Shown here: piece after piece, positions 1 through 13,782 of the stretch | Layout: every line of letters starts with the position of its first letter | Numbering within the stretch: position 1 is the first letter of the stretch | Assembly (NCBI GenBank): GCA_012295275.1 | Contig: CM022677.1 | Location: 3,472,001-3,536,000 of the forward strand | DNA: 64,000 nucleotides | Reading direction: 5' to 3' | Origin: Chrysomallon squamiferum | Lineage: Eukaryota; Animalia; Mollusca | Notes under the pieces: model-generated | Told to the model about the DNA's origin: nothing | Seen by the model: the letters and a program-made list of their open reading frames with translations, nothing else | Databases searched by the model: none | Translations under genes and position numbers: made by a program

Positions 1-1038
1 GTATATTATTCTAACACAAAACTGCAGTGATTAAAATGTTGAAGTGTTATCTTGATCTGAACTGAACTTTTATCACCTACAAATCTATGTTTATTAAAGT
101 TAACAGATTTGAATCCTGAATGAGGAAGTGATCCAGCTGATAAAAAACAAAACAATAAATGAACGAAATAATGCAGACACTGCAAGAGTAACACAGAAAC
201 TAATCAACTCTGTGTCATCTCATATATAACGTTTTGACTGGTAGGAAACAGAGTTGTAAGGATTTACATCTGCTTCTTCCTGAACAATGGCAGTTTATAG
301 CATAATTACCACCAACTTGATTACTATGCATTTCGAAGGTACATTTTTAATGAATATCGAGGAATTTTTATAAAACAGAATCAAGAAATGAAGTACTGGT
401 TTTGACATAAGTATAAAATCTACTGATCTGTCTTGTATCTGAGTTACCTGAAAGGTCTTCCAAGCTGGTCAACAAAATCCTCTGAAATGCTGAATCAATG
501 TTTGTGCTGGTGGTATGATAGCTATATTTAAACAACTATCTTGTTTCATGTATGAGTCACTGTTTCTTACTATTTGTTCAAGGTCAGGAAATTTTGTGAA
601 TTTTGTACATTCCCCATTTTTTACCCAGATTTATCTAAATAAATAAATATAGAAAGAAAAATTAATAAAATAAAATAAAAATAAATAATAAATAAAAAGT
701 AAGCATCAAATTTATCATTCTAAATCTTAACGTACATTATTTAAATGACAATTTTTTTACCTATTCCAGGCTAGGAGCATATGATTAATTTATTTGGGAA
801 GAAATATCTCAGTCATGGAAAATTATTATAAATTATCAATGAATTTAACTTAAACAATGTTTTAATACTGACTTTATTTATCTGGATATAGTGGTAACAT
901 TCAAGAAGCAGCAAAAATAACATTAAAAAGGACTAAATCCTTTGCCACTGGCCATTACAAGCCCTGCATTCATACGTACATATGTACTTAAACACATTAC
1001 TATTATTAATTATTATAAAACATAATGATACCACTTAC

Positions 1039-2781
1039 TTTAGAACAGTTCTCTGTTTTATTGATTTCCTCTGTCTAGTATCAGTATCAGATGAATTTGT
1101 CATCTTCAGGTTTTTTTTCTCATTATCACCTGCAAAACAAAATTACTTATTTAGCAATTTTGGAAGTAAAGCTGGATTAGCCACAATTAATAAACTCAAA
1201 ATGGTTTCCAGCTTACAATTTGTTATATCTGTATTCACTGAGTACATTTCTCTCTTTTATTTCCTCTTTCATCTTGAACTTCTACAATGATCTAGCAGAC
1301 TGTTTTGGCAGGCATCCCAGCTATTATTATAATATATGATCCTAAAATTGTGACAGAATTATATCTCATATCAAAAAACAACAACACATTTATAAATAAA
1401 ACTTAATGAAAGGCATTTAATCCAAAATCAAAACTAATTACTTCTGCTAGTTAGAGTCTTCAACAGAATGAAAGTCACATCAGTAGCTGATGGATGCTAT
1501 TAATTTAAATGTTATGATAAACATGCAGAGAAGTTTTGAATGCCAGTATTTTTAAAAATAAATATATAAATAAATAAAATATCAAAAATAAATTAAAAAT
1601 TAAATATAAATAAAAAGATACAAAGATAAAAGAGATAATAGTAAAGGAAAGTGAAGATAAATTAAAATTCTCAACTTTATAGTGAAATAAATCAACATTA
1701 AAATAAAAATCATTGCACAATGCAGAACAGAATTGTTGAAAGTATTAAACTTGTTAAAAAACTTGTCAAAGATCAACATCAAAAAAAAAAAAAAGGCAAA
1801 TTTAAAGTAATAAAAATCAAAACATCTGCCTAAAAATTGTAATTTTAAACTTTTATTTGAAGTTGTAAAATTATTTAAAGTAAAACATAACAAATAATGC
1901 ATTTTCTAATAACCTAACAAAATGAACTATAAGTATTATAACCAAACTGATTAAAACGAAAAAAAAACAGAAGAGTTAAAAAATTAATAAATTATTTATA
2001 TTTTAATTACAATGAAAATAAATTTCAACTTTACAAACAAACAAACAAACAAAACACAAAATTGATAATACCCTGTCAAAATTTGCCTGTTTGTAAATAC
2101 CATATTTATTATAAGGCCTGAAATATAATATTAATTTATTAATAAGTATCATTTCTACGAACTCTATGGAAAAATAAATAAATATATTGAAAATAGCTAA
2201 CCTGAAATATATTTTATTTGATATATTTATCTAATTATATAAACATAAAACAACTTCCAGTAACATATAACTTGGAATTAATCAAACAATTACATTTTCT
2301 TCGATATATTTTTATAAAATTAATTTATAGTGAAAACTAAAATGTAAACAAGTATGACAAAGTAATATTTATTTCCTTATTAAACTGAATTATAAGTCTT
2401 AATAAAAAGACTATCCAAATTAAGGCAAATAACAGTGCTTGAGCTATATTTGAAGAGTTATATATCTTGATATAATTAAAATTCTATATTCTTGCTGGAA
2501 CTTTTTTAAATTTCATCATATTTTATTTTACTGTAATCTACATAATACTGATGCTGACATCTGTTTTAAAAAGGTTATTTTATTAAGTTTTGCTATGCTT
2601 GTATAAGTCATAACTTTATTATTAAACTGTTAAGGTTTATTATGACAAAAAAGTACAGAAGTTGGTAAAATTTTAACTTTATTTATAAAAAATATATATT
2701 TCCTTAATTGTTAGAATCATCGAGTGTTAAAAAACTATATGATATAAAAATATTTTTGTTGTAAAACAAAAACTGGAGCAA

Positions 2782-2839
<58 letters not shown>

Positions 2840-5666
2840 TTGTTATTACTCTTACTATTATTATTATTATTATTAAATTAACATTAGCATAATCACCACC
2901 ACTATTATCATAATAATTTCTGTTACTATGTTTTCTTAGATGCTCATTACTAAGAACTGACAGGTAATAATATGAAAAGATAGTTCACCTTCTGTGTATC
3001 TCCTTGACATCTGCAGCAATCTGGTGGATTACACATTATATATTTATTTAATAATTTTCCAAATGATGCAGTTGTTGCATAACCCTGTAGGAAAGAAATA
3101 AAATAAAACAAAACATGAATTTACATTCCTTTATAAAATGATGTGATCAACCAAGATTTTAAAATATAATTTTAATTTAGTTACTGATGTTGATTTATAT
3201 ATGTGTATATATATATATTTGTCTTCCTGTTTTACTAATTTCCCATAGTTGGCATGTACATTTCATATTTAAAATGATTATACACAGATAAAAGCTGAAG
3301 ATAACCTTTACATATTAAAAAAGATGTTTGTTGGGTTTTTGTAAACATTTTCTCTATTAACTGTTAAATTAATCATCATGATATAATCATAAAACATCTT
3401 ATTGTTGATAAAAAAACAGGAGAGTGAAAATAAATAAATATGTAATGTGTATTGCTAGTTAATATTCTCAGTAATACCAACGTGTGAAGTCAACACAGAA
3501 AGTGAAGGTGTATTTGTTATAGATCTAAAAAGTTAACAAATCTTCTGAATGCTCACAATGATTTAGTTTTAAATATCTAAGAACAAATTGATATAAAAAG
3601 AAATACATCATCAACAGTTAAAAAGAAAAGATTTAAGGAAAAAAGAAGAAAAGAAACATTTATCTAATTATCAGTTACAGTTTGTTACACAAATGAAACT
3701 TAAGTCTAAAAACAGGTATTTATCCATCCAAGAAACAAAAACAATACATTTTTCTCCTGTATCATTACATCCACACAAAACATAATTAAAACTTTACTTA
3801 CCTTTTCACCATTTTCTGCAGTTTCAGCAGACTTATTGTCATTCGTTCTGAAAGACAAATAACAGGTCTAATAAGTTAGCAGGTAATTTTAAATTACTAA
3901 GAATTACTAAGAAATGTATTTAAAATAATTTTAAAAGAAATAATAAAAAAAAAAAATCATTAACACAAACTGAAGTGTGTCAAACATGCTTAAACTGATG
4001 CTGTTTTAAATAAACACTTTCTCCCTAGCTAGCATTACAAAAATATGTGTCTATAAGTGTGTGTGTATATAAAAACAAAGCAAAAAAACATTACTGTACT
4101 GGATATTTAAATACAACATATTCTTTTGATGGTTTAAAAAAAAATAATAATTGGGATAAAAAATTATGGCTATATATGTATTATAATCTGGCATTTAGAA
4201 ATAGAGAAATGAAATTCAATTTAACAAAAAAGGTTGATACAATTGTATGTAATACATTTGTTTTTGGTCCAATGAGTGGAAATAAAAACATTTTTTAGTC
4301 CTTTTTCCTAAAAGCTCATAGAAATGACAAAGTTTCCCATCAATGCAACAACTACCACAGAGCAGTGGAACTAACCTTAAACCTGTAGTCACCAAGATCA
4401 ACATTAACATACTACAGTAAGTTTCTACACCAATAACTAAATGTGTTACTGTAGAAAACAGAAGACATATATGCTTGAAGTTTAACTTCATTACCTAGCT
4501 AAAACCTTAACTAAGACAAATAAATGTAAGTGAATGTTATATGTGTTACAGAACAGCAAAACATTTCACTTGCAGTTTTGGCTTCCATACTGCCAGAAGA
4601 CCCTGTGTGAGTTATTGTACTTGATGTCTGTACAGGATGTACAGCCTGCTCCAAAATATTTGCCCCATCTGACCACTGCAAATTATGGACAATTTATGGA
4701 GTTCACCGACAGTTTTCCTACAGCAATTTGGTCACAAGAAGGGAAGGAACTCTGCCTGTTACACTACTGTGGTACAATGAAACACAAATTCACTATCTAA
4801 ATTTCATCATTTTAGTTCAAGCACCTGCACATCACCATGACAAAAACAACAAACAATTTGCAATGAAATGTTCCAGCTAAAAATGACAACATCAATCACT
4901 GATCAGTCTGTTTCAAGGGAGAGAACTTACTGCCTTGTAAGCAGGGAGTGCTTATTGTTTGAAAGCGAGCATGTGTGTGTGTTTTTATTTTATTTTGGCA
5001 CTGATTTTGGCTCACACTTACTCCACTAGATCAGGAATATCTGAAAATATAATCATCACAGAACAAATTTTCAAACTATGAATGAAAGCGCAATGGTGGT
5101 AGTTTCTAAAAAGTATACTCTGGAAAGAGAGAAAAAAAAAATCTAGTGACCCCTTAAGACCTTTATAAATTATTTTTAAATCCAATCCATTAAGTCATTT
5201 TAAATATGGTTTACTTATCTGACATCATTATAAAACTATTTCATAAATAATTAATTTAATTAAAATGAACATTATATAATTTAGATTAATGCTACTCCTG
5301 GAATAACCATTAAATAATTATAGAAACACTATTAAGACCTATAAAGTTGTTGTTTATATTTTTTAAAATGAAGACAAACATTAAAGAAAGAAAGAAAAAA
5401 GAGACAAGAAAAGTATTTTTTGCATATTTGAAGTCATGTTAAAAAAGTGTAATATTGTATGATGACAAAAGCTTCTTAACTTAATTTTTTAATTTCTATT
5501 TTACATTATAAACTTTTCAGACAATATAAACTTTCACAACTGTTTACGAAAATTGTGAAAAATCTTTATTAACTGGAAATTTATCTAATTCCCAAAACTG
5601 GCATTATATAGTGGTAAATAAATCAGGAAATAAAAATAAAAATTAGCAAAACAATAATAGAGATAA

Positions 5667-5700
<34 letters not shown>

Positions 5701-5728
5701 GAAAAAAAAAAAAAAGAAAAAAGAACAG

Positions 5729-5760
<32 letters not shown>

Positions 5761-8047
5761 AAGTAAGAAATAGAAAGAACACTTAGCTACTGTGTCAGAG
5801 TATTTGACTTTGTGATGTTTATTATGTGGGAAATGCTGCTATTATCACAGTGACCAGTGTCCTCCTCAAACTTCAAGGTTGATAATTTTATTGATTCTGT
5901 GAAAATGTAAGTTCTATGTTATTTGAGAGTGTGCCTAGAAAAATAAATTACTTAGGAAGACAAAAAAGGGATTCACACAGAAAACGAATATCAATTTTAA
6001 GAATTACATTCTGTTAGAAACATGAAATATAAAAATACCACAACATTTAGTGCAAAACTACTTAAAATTCTATAAATAAAAATAAGAGGAATTTTAAAGA
6101 CCAAATTATTCCTAGGAAAAACATACTTAAAATAACCAATAAAATTCAGTTTTGATTAACACACTGTACTGCTTTGCATTTGAAACTAAATTATAACTTA
6201 AAATTAACATATCTAAATTTAAAGGCTGAAAGTCTTACCTGCTGTCTTACTCTGGTATTTATTATTTGATATCACAGCTTTAAAACTGTAGCATCTTATG
6301 CCAGAAGATGAATCTGTTTCTTCTTTGTCACCACAGTTCAAGGTTATGGTGCAGCTCCCTTGTCTCCTATCTTGAACAGTACTTTGATGATAGCTTGTGT
6401 GTATTCCAGTGTGTTGGACTGCTGCAGGTAGTAAGGTTTGCGTTATGATCCAGTCCAGACTGACACCTCGGATGGGCAGGACAGGGTACAGTATGGCAGA
6501 AGTTTACTGACATCAGACTCTGACTGATTAGACAAATCAATGGTGGTTTAAGCTTTTTCACTTTTTGTTGAACTTGGATAATTTCTATCACCTGAAATTA
6601 CATTAAAAAGTTGTTTATAATAGCCACAGCAGGTCTCTGATGTTAAAATATGCAAATATGTTAAACACTTTTTAAAACAGAAATTTAATTAGATTATTGC
6701 ATGTGTTCTGTGATTTATTTCATAGCTTTTCTTTTATTAACAGATGTAACTAATATGAATTAATACAAACCAGAACATCAGGAGCTGTCTGACTGTTTGC
6801 TAGTCTGCTTTTAACTGACTCTGTCTCTTTAGTAATTTCAGCTTTCAGTGCATCAGTTGTTAAACCAGAGATAGTGGTCTAGAAAAACAGACAAATGTAT
6901 TCAAAACAATTTATTATTACTTTATTATTATTATACTTATTACTATTTCATATATATGTTTTTATATTTTCTTTTCATAGTGAAAATAAACTATAATAAG
7001 ATTAGCATTTTTTAATTTCTTTATTGTTTTATTTTTATTATTAATTTGTTATTAAATATCTTTTGACACAAAAAGCTGGTTTCAGTGATGAGACTTTCAG
7101 AAAAATATCTGTGTTCTTTATGGATCCCAATATGCTGCTGGGAAATAGAGAGTTAGGTACCCGTTTTTCAGCAGTAGCTGAAGAGTTGATACTTCGTAAT
7201 AACAGAAGAAAATATCATTTTTATAATTCCAGGCAAAGCATTGTATATATTTCAGAAATATACTTTTTCTAAGCAGGAGAATGAAGAAGGTGATTTTCAT
7301 TAACTTCACCACAGATTGTGTTCTCAATTAGTTTTCTGGTAATTAATATTTAATGAGTATATTTTAATAAATGTGGTGCTTGCTCGTCCTATACAACGGC
7401 GAGTGTTTTGTGAAGAAACGTTTGGGTGAAATTAGTTTATTTGAGGTAAACATCACATAGCAAGAAGACAAAGAAAAATATTACTGCAATTCCAAAAAAT
7501 GCACTTGTTTGTAATTTTTACTAATTTTAAACCTAATTAAGTAAAGTAGAAAAAATAAAATAAAATAAAAATAAAATAAAAATAAAACTAGTAATTATGG
7601 AACTGAAACTAACAATGGTAAAAAGAAAAGAAAGAAAAACCAAATAGAAAAAACAAAACAATTATAAGAATGACCAAAATAATTTTAATTCTAATATGTA
7701 GTGTAATATTATATACTTTTCCTTGAAACTTGATATCTCAATTTTGTGTGATTGCCTGTTACTTAGTGGAGTAAAAAAAAAATTCAATAAATAAAATGTA
7801 ATGACATTAGATATGTGTATCATTTAAAGTTTTAAACACAATCAAAAATCAATATTAATATTACTAAAACTTGATGTTTTTAATTAAAACAAAAATTATT
7901 TTTATTATTATTATTATTATTTTATGAAGATAAATCAAAAAATTATTTTAGAAATATTGTAAATACTCAGAGTGGTCTTCTGAAACTAACTGAATATCAT
8001 GATCCATATTCTCTGACAGGATCAGGTTATCATCCCTGTGATTTCCA
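1039..8047 (-). pseudogene. Series of splice-bounded, partly degenerate exons of unidentified gene(s)
   Basis: GC-richer blocks flanked by AG/GT on the minus strand at about 1039-1129, 2989-3084, 3802-3847, 4570-4780, 5785-5934, 6239-6591, 6772-6878 and 7968-8047. Several carry in-frame stops. The 6239-6591 block is Cys-rich (FCHTVPCPAHPRC, resembling a TSR end). Family not recognised. Confidence 0.4.
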
Positions 8048-8773
8048 CTGAAAATGAATAACAAGAATGAGAAATTATGGGAAAACAATTTCAATAAAAA
8101 CATTGATAATAGACAAACATTCTACATTATTCAAATAGCTGTAAATTCTGTAAATGAAACAGTGAAATAAATTCAAAATATCTGTTTATTGTTTAATTTT
8201 ACACAGAGATTATATTATTTTATAATATAATAATAAGTGTGTATATAACCCACAGAAATAACCCCAAAAACAAAACATATACCATAATCTTAGATATATC
8301 AGCATGGATCATCAGCTAGATTGTTAAATAACCTTCTACCAGTCTGTGTAGCAGATCCACATGTTGCAGATCAGGCACCATAAACATAAGCACTAACAAA
8401 AATAGTTTTATATAAATGGAATATAAAATATACATTATAACTTTAGAAATGTGCTGCTTAATGGTTTACTATTGTGATTATCAACAAACCTAATGTAATT
8501 CATTGGCCTTAAAGTTCCACCAAATCATTAACAACTGGATTTTAGAGAAATCATTAAATAAATATTTTATTATTTGAGTCACATTTAACTTTTGTAGGCA
8601 GAAAAGTAATTTTATTCCTCAGATTACTTACTGACAGCACCTTTCCTCACAATCTAGAGATTGTTATTTATTGTCATCTTAGAATAGATGCATAAATGCC
8701 TCACAGGAAACAACATACCACTTGTCTGTTTATAATTTGTTTAAAAGAAAATTACAGTATGAATATATTTGAC

Positions 8774-9348
8774 TGGACATAAGACATTTGTTTCGTGAAG
8801 ATTCCTCCTGTCATCTGTTCCTCAGTCTTTGCCTCCATTCTTAGTGCAGAATTTGTTGATGTTCTTATCTCAAATCTTCTTCTAGTGCCTCTACCACATG
8901 TTTCACTACAACTACCCAGTCTCTGAAGTGACCATGCAGTCCAGGCACGGTCAACTGTAAGAGTAAAATTAAAGAATAAATAAATAAATAAAATAAAATT
9001 GAGAATTAAATAGTTTTTAACAATGTCATAGATAAATGCTAAACACATAATTTTGTATTTCAGACGTTAGACAGAAAATGCAGACAGTTTCATCAAATTT
9101 AACACATATTCAATTCACCTAATTATAAAAATAATTTAAGAAGCTCTTTATTGATATGACTAGATTTATAATTTTGATGAAAGCAGACACAGGAATTAAT
9201 TCTTGGTCATTTTAAAATTCTTCCTGCTATATAAATTAAAATAATCACCTCTGTTACATGATCCTCCAGTACAGGCTTCTGTGGTTGTGCATGCACCACC
9301 TTGACCACACCCTGACAAATCAGATATTCTTATCCAAGGGGGACCACA
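8774..9348 (-). pseudogene. Thrombospondin type-1 repeat (TSR) exons, disrupted
   Basis: Exon 9249-9348 (GCGQGGACTTTEACTGGSCNR) splices in phase to exon 8774-8954, VDRAWTAWS..GSCSETCGRGTRRRFEIRTSTNSA. This is the WxxWS/CSxTCGxG/RxR TSR signature. The continuation NGGKD*G..LCP is in a shifted frame and has a TGA where Cys is expected. Confidence 0.75.
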
Positions 9349-10026
9349 CTGAAAGGATCATAATTTAATATTTCTTATAATGGTTTTGCTTTTAATCAAT
9401 AAAAACTAGAATGTCAAATGTTTGAAAGAAAAACTGATGTTTAATTTAACTAAAGAACTCTGATTTGCACAATGCATGCAAACCTAATCAGTTATTATTA
9501 GTAAAGCAAATTTACATCCTAAAAATACTGCTTTAAGTCAGGTGGAAATAACAACATCTAAGTGCCAAATCAGTATACATATAATTTCTTAACCAGTAAT
9601 ATTATAATACATTTTAATATATAAAGTAATAAATTAGTAACAGTATAACAGTGATAGCCAAATATCTAAATGAAAGAAGGATAGTTAAAATTATTTATTA
9701 TTACTGGATGTATACGAGATTTTAAAATCGTTCGGAAAGTAAGTGCAGTTAATACTGGTGAAATTACTTTTAGTAAGTCTATTTGAAATGATTTAAGTTT
9801 ATGAATTTCGAATTGCGCTGTTTTTAAAATATTATTTCTCATGATAAATATTAATAATTTTGTTGTTATGTTTTACAGAGAAACTTGTAATCAACATCTA
9901 CTGTAGGACGATAGGTTACATTAGAAAATACAGAGATCATATACTGTAGGGTCAAAATATTTGGACGTTCTTTTTGCGTTGGATTCTCAAAAATTATATG
10001 AAAATAGCAGATACTCCGGGAATAGG

Positions 10027-10128
10027 GCAACAAAGATCCTATGTAAGTTAAATAGTGAAAAAACTGTTACCTTATTAAATTACCAGTTTCAGCAGATGAA
10101 GTGACTTTAAAAGATTTTAAGCGAGCTC
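10027..10128 (+). pseudogene. Dishevelled/Axin-type DIX domain N-terminal relic
   Basis: ATKILCKLNSEKT, then after a 1-nt frameshift YLIKLPVSADEVTLKDFKRA. This resembles the Dishevelled DIX start ([32 protein letters not shown]). No continuation is seen. Confidence 0.6.
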
Positions 10129-10179
10129 CCTTTACGAAAGTTTGTTTACGCAACTTCCACCAACTTTGTGTAAGGACCC

Positions 10180-10272
10180 CATAACACTGTCGTCACAGCG
10201 CATGATTGACGTCACAAAACTCGAGCCAAATACGATGGCAGGTGCCCGGAATCTCAGCATCTGATTGGTTAA
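10180..10272. promoter_or_regulatory. CpG-containing promoter-like patch with CRE and inverted CCAAT box
   Basis: Perfect TGACGTCA at 10207-10214, a half-site CGTCA near 10191 and CTGATTGGTT at 10261-10270, in a locally CpG-rich patch. Confidence 0.35.
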
Positions 10273-10403
10273 ACTAATGTTTATATAAACAATGTGGATG
10301 TTTTTATTTATTTATTTATTAAATTATTAATTTATTAATTATTAAAAACAGTATAAATTAAATTTGATTTTCTAAAGAGATACTTTTATGATATTAAACA
10401 GTA

Positions 10404-10434
<31 letters not shown>

Positions 10435-10611
10435 TTTAACAATTTTTTTTTAGGTGATACTCTGTAAAAATAGTCTAAGCACATTTTAGATATTTTCTTA
10501 GTGTAGTATATTTCAAGACAGCTTAATAATTTTTTTACAATTAGAATATAATTTTAGATATTTTCTCAAACTATCTTAAAAATATATTCAATAACAGCAT
10601 TTTATTTTTTT

Positions 10612-10927
10612 TATAGATTAACCATAACAATTGTTAAAAATTCTGAATATGTGTGTGTGTGTGTGTGTGATCTCTGAGCCTGTTAGTTTATAGATTAACC
10701 ATAACAGCATTGTTAAAAATGTGTGTGTGTGTGTGTGTGTGATCTCTGAGCCTGTTAGTTTATAGATTAACCATAACAGCATTGTTAAAAATGTGTGTGT
10801 GTGTGTGTGATCTCTGAGCCTGTTAGTTTATAGATTAACCATAACAGCATTGTTAAAAATGTGTGTGTGTGTGTGTGTGTGATCTCTGATGTTAGTTTAT
10901 AGATTAACCATAACAGCATTGTTAAAA

Positions 10928-10967
<40 letters not shown>

Positions 10968-11433
10968 TCTCTGAGCCTGTTAGTTTATAGATTAACCATA
11001 ACAGCATTGTTAAAAATGTGTGTGTGTGTGTGTGTGATCTCTGAGCCTGTTAGTTTATAGATTAACCATAACAGCATTGTTAAAAATGTGTGTGTGTGAT
11101 CTCTGAGCCTGTTAGTTTATAGATTAACCATAACAGCATTGTTAAAAATGTGTGTGTGTGTGTGTGTGATCTCTGAGCCTGTTAGTTTATAGATTAACCA
11201 TAACAGCATTGTTAAAAATGTGTGTGTGTGATCTCTGAGCCTGTTAGTTTATAGATTAACCATAACAGCATTGTTAAAAATGTGTGTGTGTGTGTGTGTG
11301 TGTGTGATCTCTGAGCCTGTTAGTTTATAGATTAACCATAACAGCATTGTTAAAAATGTGTGTGTGTGTGTGTGTGTGTGTGTGATCTCTGAGCCTGTTA
11401 GTTTATAGATTAACCATAACAGCATTGTTAAAA

Positions 11434-11465
<32 letters not shown>

Positions 11466-11514
11466 TCTCTGAGCCTGTTAGTTTATAGATTAACCATAAC
11501 AGCATTGTTAAAAA

Positions 11515-11554
<40 letters not shown>

Positions 11555-11674
11555 TCTCTGAGCCTGTTAGTTTATAGATTAACCATAACAGCATTGTTAA
11601 AAATGTGTGTGTGTGTGTGTGTGTGATCTCTGAGCCTGTTAGTTTATAGATTAACCATAACAGCATTGTTAAAA

Positions 11675-11712
<38 letters not shown>

Positions 11713-11762
11713 TCTCTGAGCCTGTTAGTTTATAGATTAACCATAACAGCATTGTTAAAAAT
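10612..11762. repeat. Compound minisatellite: 51-bp constant unit plus variable-length (TG)n, about 15-16 copies
   Basis: GATCTCTGAGCCTGTTAGTTTATAGATTAACCATAACAGCATTGTTAAAAA repeated almost perfectly, separated by (TG)n tracts of roughly 5 to 19 units. Confidence 0.97.
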
Positions 11763-11989
11763 GTAAGTGTGTGTCTGTGTCTTCTTTTATTCAACATTTC
11801 ATTCATATTTCATTTTATTTTAATTTCTTAATATTAATTTTTATTATTTTTACATTTTAGTGAACGTCTTCATACTCTGACTGGAAAAAAAGTAATACTT
11901 CAGATGTCAAATGGCAGGTCAAAAACAAAAAAATTGAACCTTTCTTTAAAAATGTGGTATAAGAGATGTTTTTTGTTTTACCACTGTTA

Positions 11990-12005
11990 TTACTATTATT
12001 ATTAT

Positions 12006-12047
<42 letters not shown>

Positions 12048-12103
12048 AATTGTATTACTATTGTTTTTATCATTATTACTACTACTACTACTACTACTAC
12101 TAC

Positions 12104-12150
<47 letters not shown>
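11990..12150. repeat. Compound trinucleotide microsatellite (TAT/TAG/TAC)
   Basis: Direct inspection; explains ORF 11966-12289. Confidence 0.95.
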
Positions 12151-12151
<1 letters not shown>

Positions 12152-12536
12152 TGTTTTTATTGTTGCTGTTGTTATTTTATTTTTATAAGGGTTATTAAAG
12201 TTATTATTACTATTATTTTCATATTATTATTATTATTTCTTTTTCTCTTTTTCATATATCTCCGTTTCTTTTTCTTTGGCAAGAAATAATATTACACAGT
12301 ATCAGTGAATTTGGTTATACATCAGTTTATTCTGATATTTATTGATCTACATTTAATTATTACATGAAATTTATGTTCAAAAGTCTTATTTATATACAGT
12401 AAAACATTTATTTTATTAAGCAGGTGAAAATTTCGGATTTTATACATGGAATAGGATGCTGGCAATCTCAGTACACTTTTGATAGTAAACATTTGTGAGT
12501 GTCTGTGTTTATGTATGTGTGTGTGTTATCGTGTTT

Positions 12537-12649
<113 letters not shown>

Positions 12650-13018
12650 AAAGTTTTATATGGTAGAGGAGTAAGAGAACATTTGGAGAATTTTCTCATC
12701 ACACAAATACGTTAACACACCACACCCTAGATCTGTACCTGCTGTGTCTTCTGTACAGAGACATGTCTATTTAACTTACACTTGTTGTTTAGATGTTATA
12801 ATTACTATTGTTGATATCGTTTAAAATAAATATAATTTTTTCATTTTCTGTTATTGCCTTGTTTTTCGTTATTAATGCCGTTTTAAGATAAAATTGAATG
12901 AACTGTTACGAATGCAATAAACATCTCTTCCAAAACCTTTGAACACATGCAAATATATTTTGATATTCATTTTATGTCAGAAACTAGTATTACACCACAG
13001 ATTATATTGATAATTACA

Positions 13019-13074
<56 letters not shown>

Positions 13075-13629
13075 ATCTAGAATGAAATTCCATATTCATA
13101 CAATAATATAACTGATAATCTCTAATAAGACAATATAATAAAAACTGCTTCTTATTTTGATATCAGTGGGTAAAATTATCAGTGCTTATAGCGGTACAGT
13201 TAGTTAAAAATCACTGTTCTATAAAATATCACGCTTTCTCATTTAAGTATATTATAAATAAATCAATTTATAATTAATCAGTGAAATATATTTTTATATG
13301 ATTAAATATATTTTGATATAATTAAATATATTGTGATATGATTAAATATATATTGAGACAACTGAGTATTTTTGATATGATTACATAATTTCTCATTTAA
13401 TTATATTATAAATAAATTAGGTATTTTATTATTTTATATTAGTATTTAGTTTTTAACTCGACGAAATCTAAGAATAAATCTGATTTCTCTGATAACATTA
13501 CGCGGCCTAATAAAAAATTAGAAGTAATTTTTATATCTGCTCTCAGAACAGTTCTAATGAAGATTAGATAGGAAGCTTCTTTTATATCTGCATAGATAGG
13601 AAGCAGAACAGTTCTAAACATAGAAGCTA

Positions 13630-13782
13630 AAAATAAAAAACAGAATAACAAAATAAAGTCAAACACAGATAGGAAGCTTCTGTTTATACAGAAAAATAAA
13701 AACAGAATAACAAAATAAAGTCAAACACAGATAGGAAGCTTCTGTTTATACAGAAAAATAAAAACAGAATAACAAAATAAAG
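13630..13782. repeat. About 62-bp tandem duplication (about 2.5 copies)
   Basis: AAAATAAAAACAGAATAACAAAATAAAGTCAAACACAGATAGGAAGCTTCTGTTTATACAG repeated. Confidence 0.85.

Noticed and set aside
10612-11762. CRISPR-like repeat-spacer array
   Set aside because: The spacers are only (TG)n rather than unique sequences, there are no cas genes, and the context is eukaryotic with introns.
11966-12289. Low-complexity ORFs (poly-Y/L/I/F/CV/HT) here and at 5585, 21587, 25243, 27395, 29604, 37768, 50096 and 57914
   Set aside because: All derive from microsatellites or homopolymer runs.
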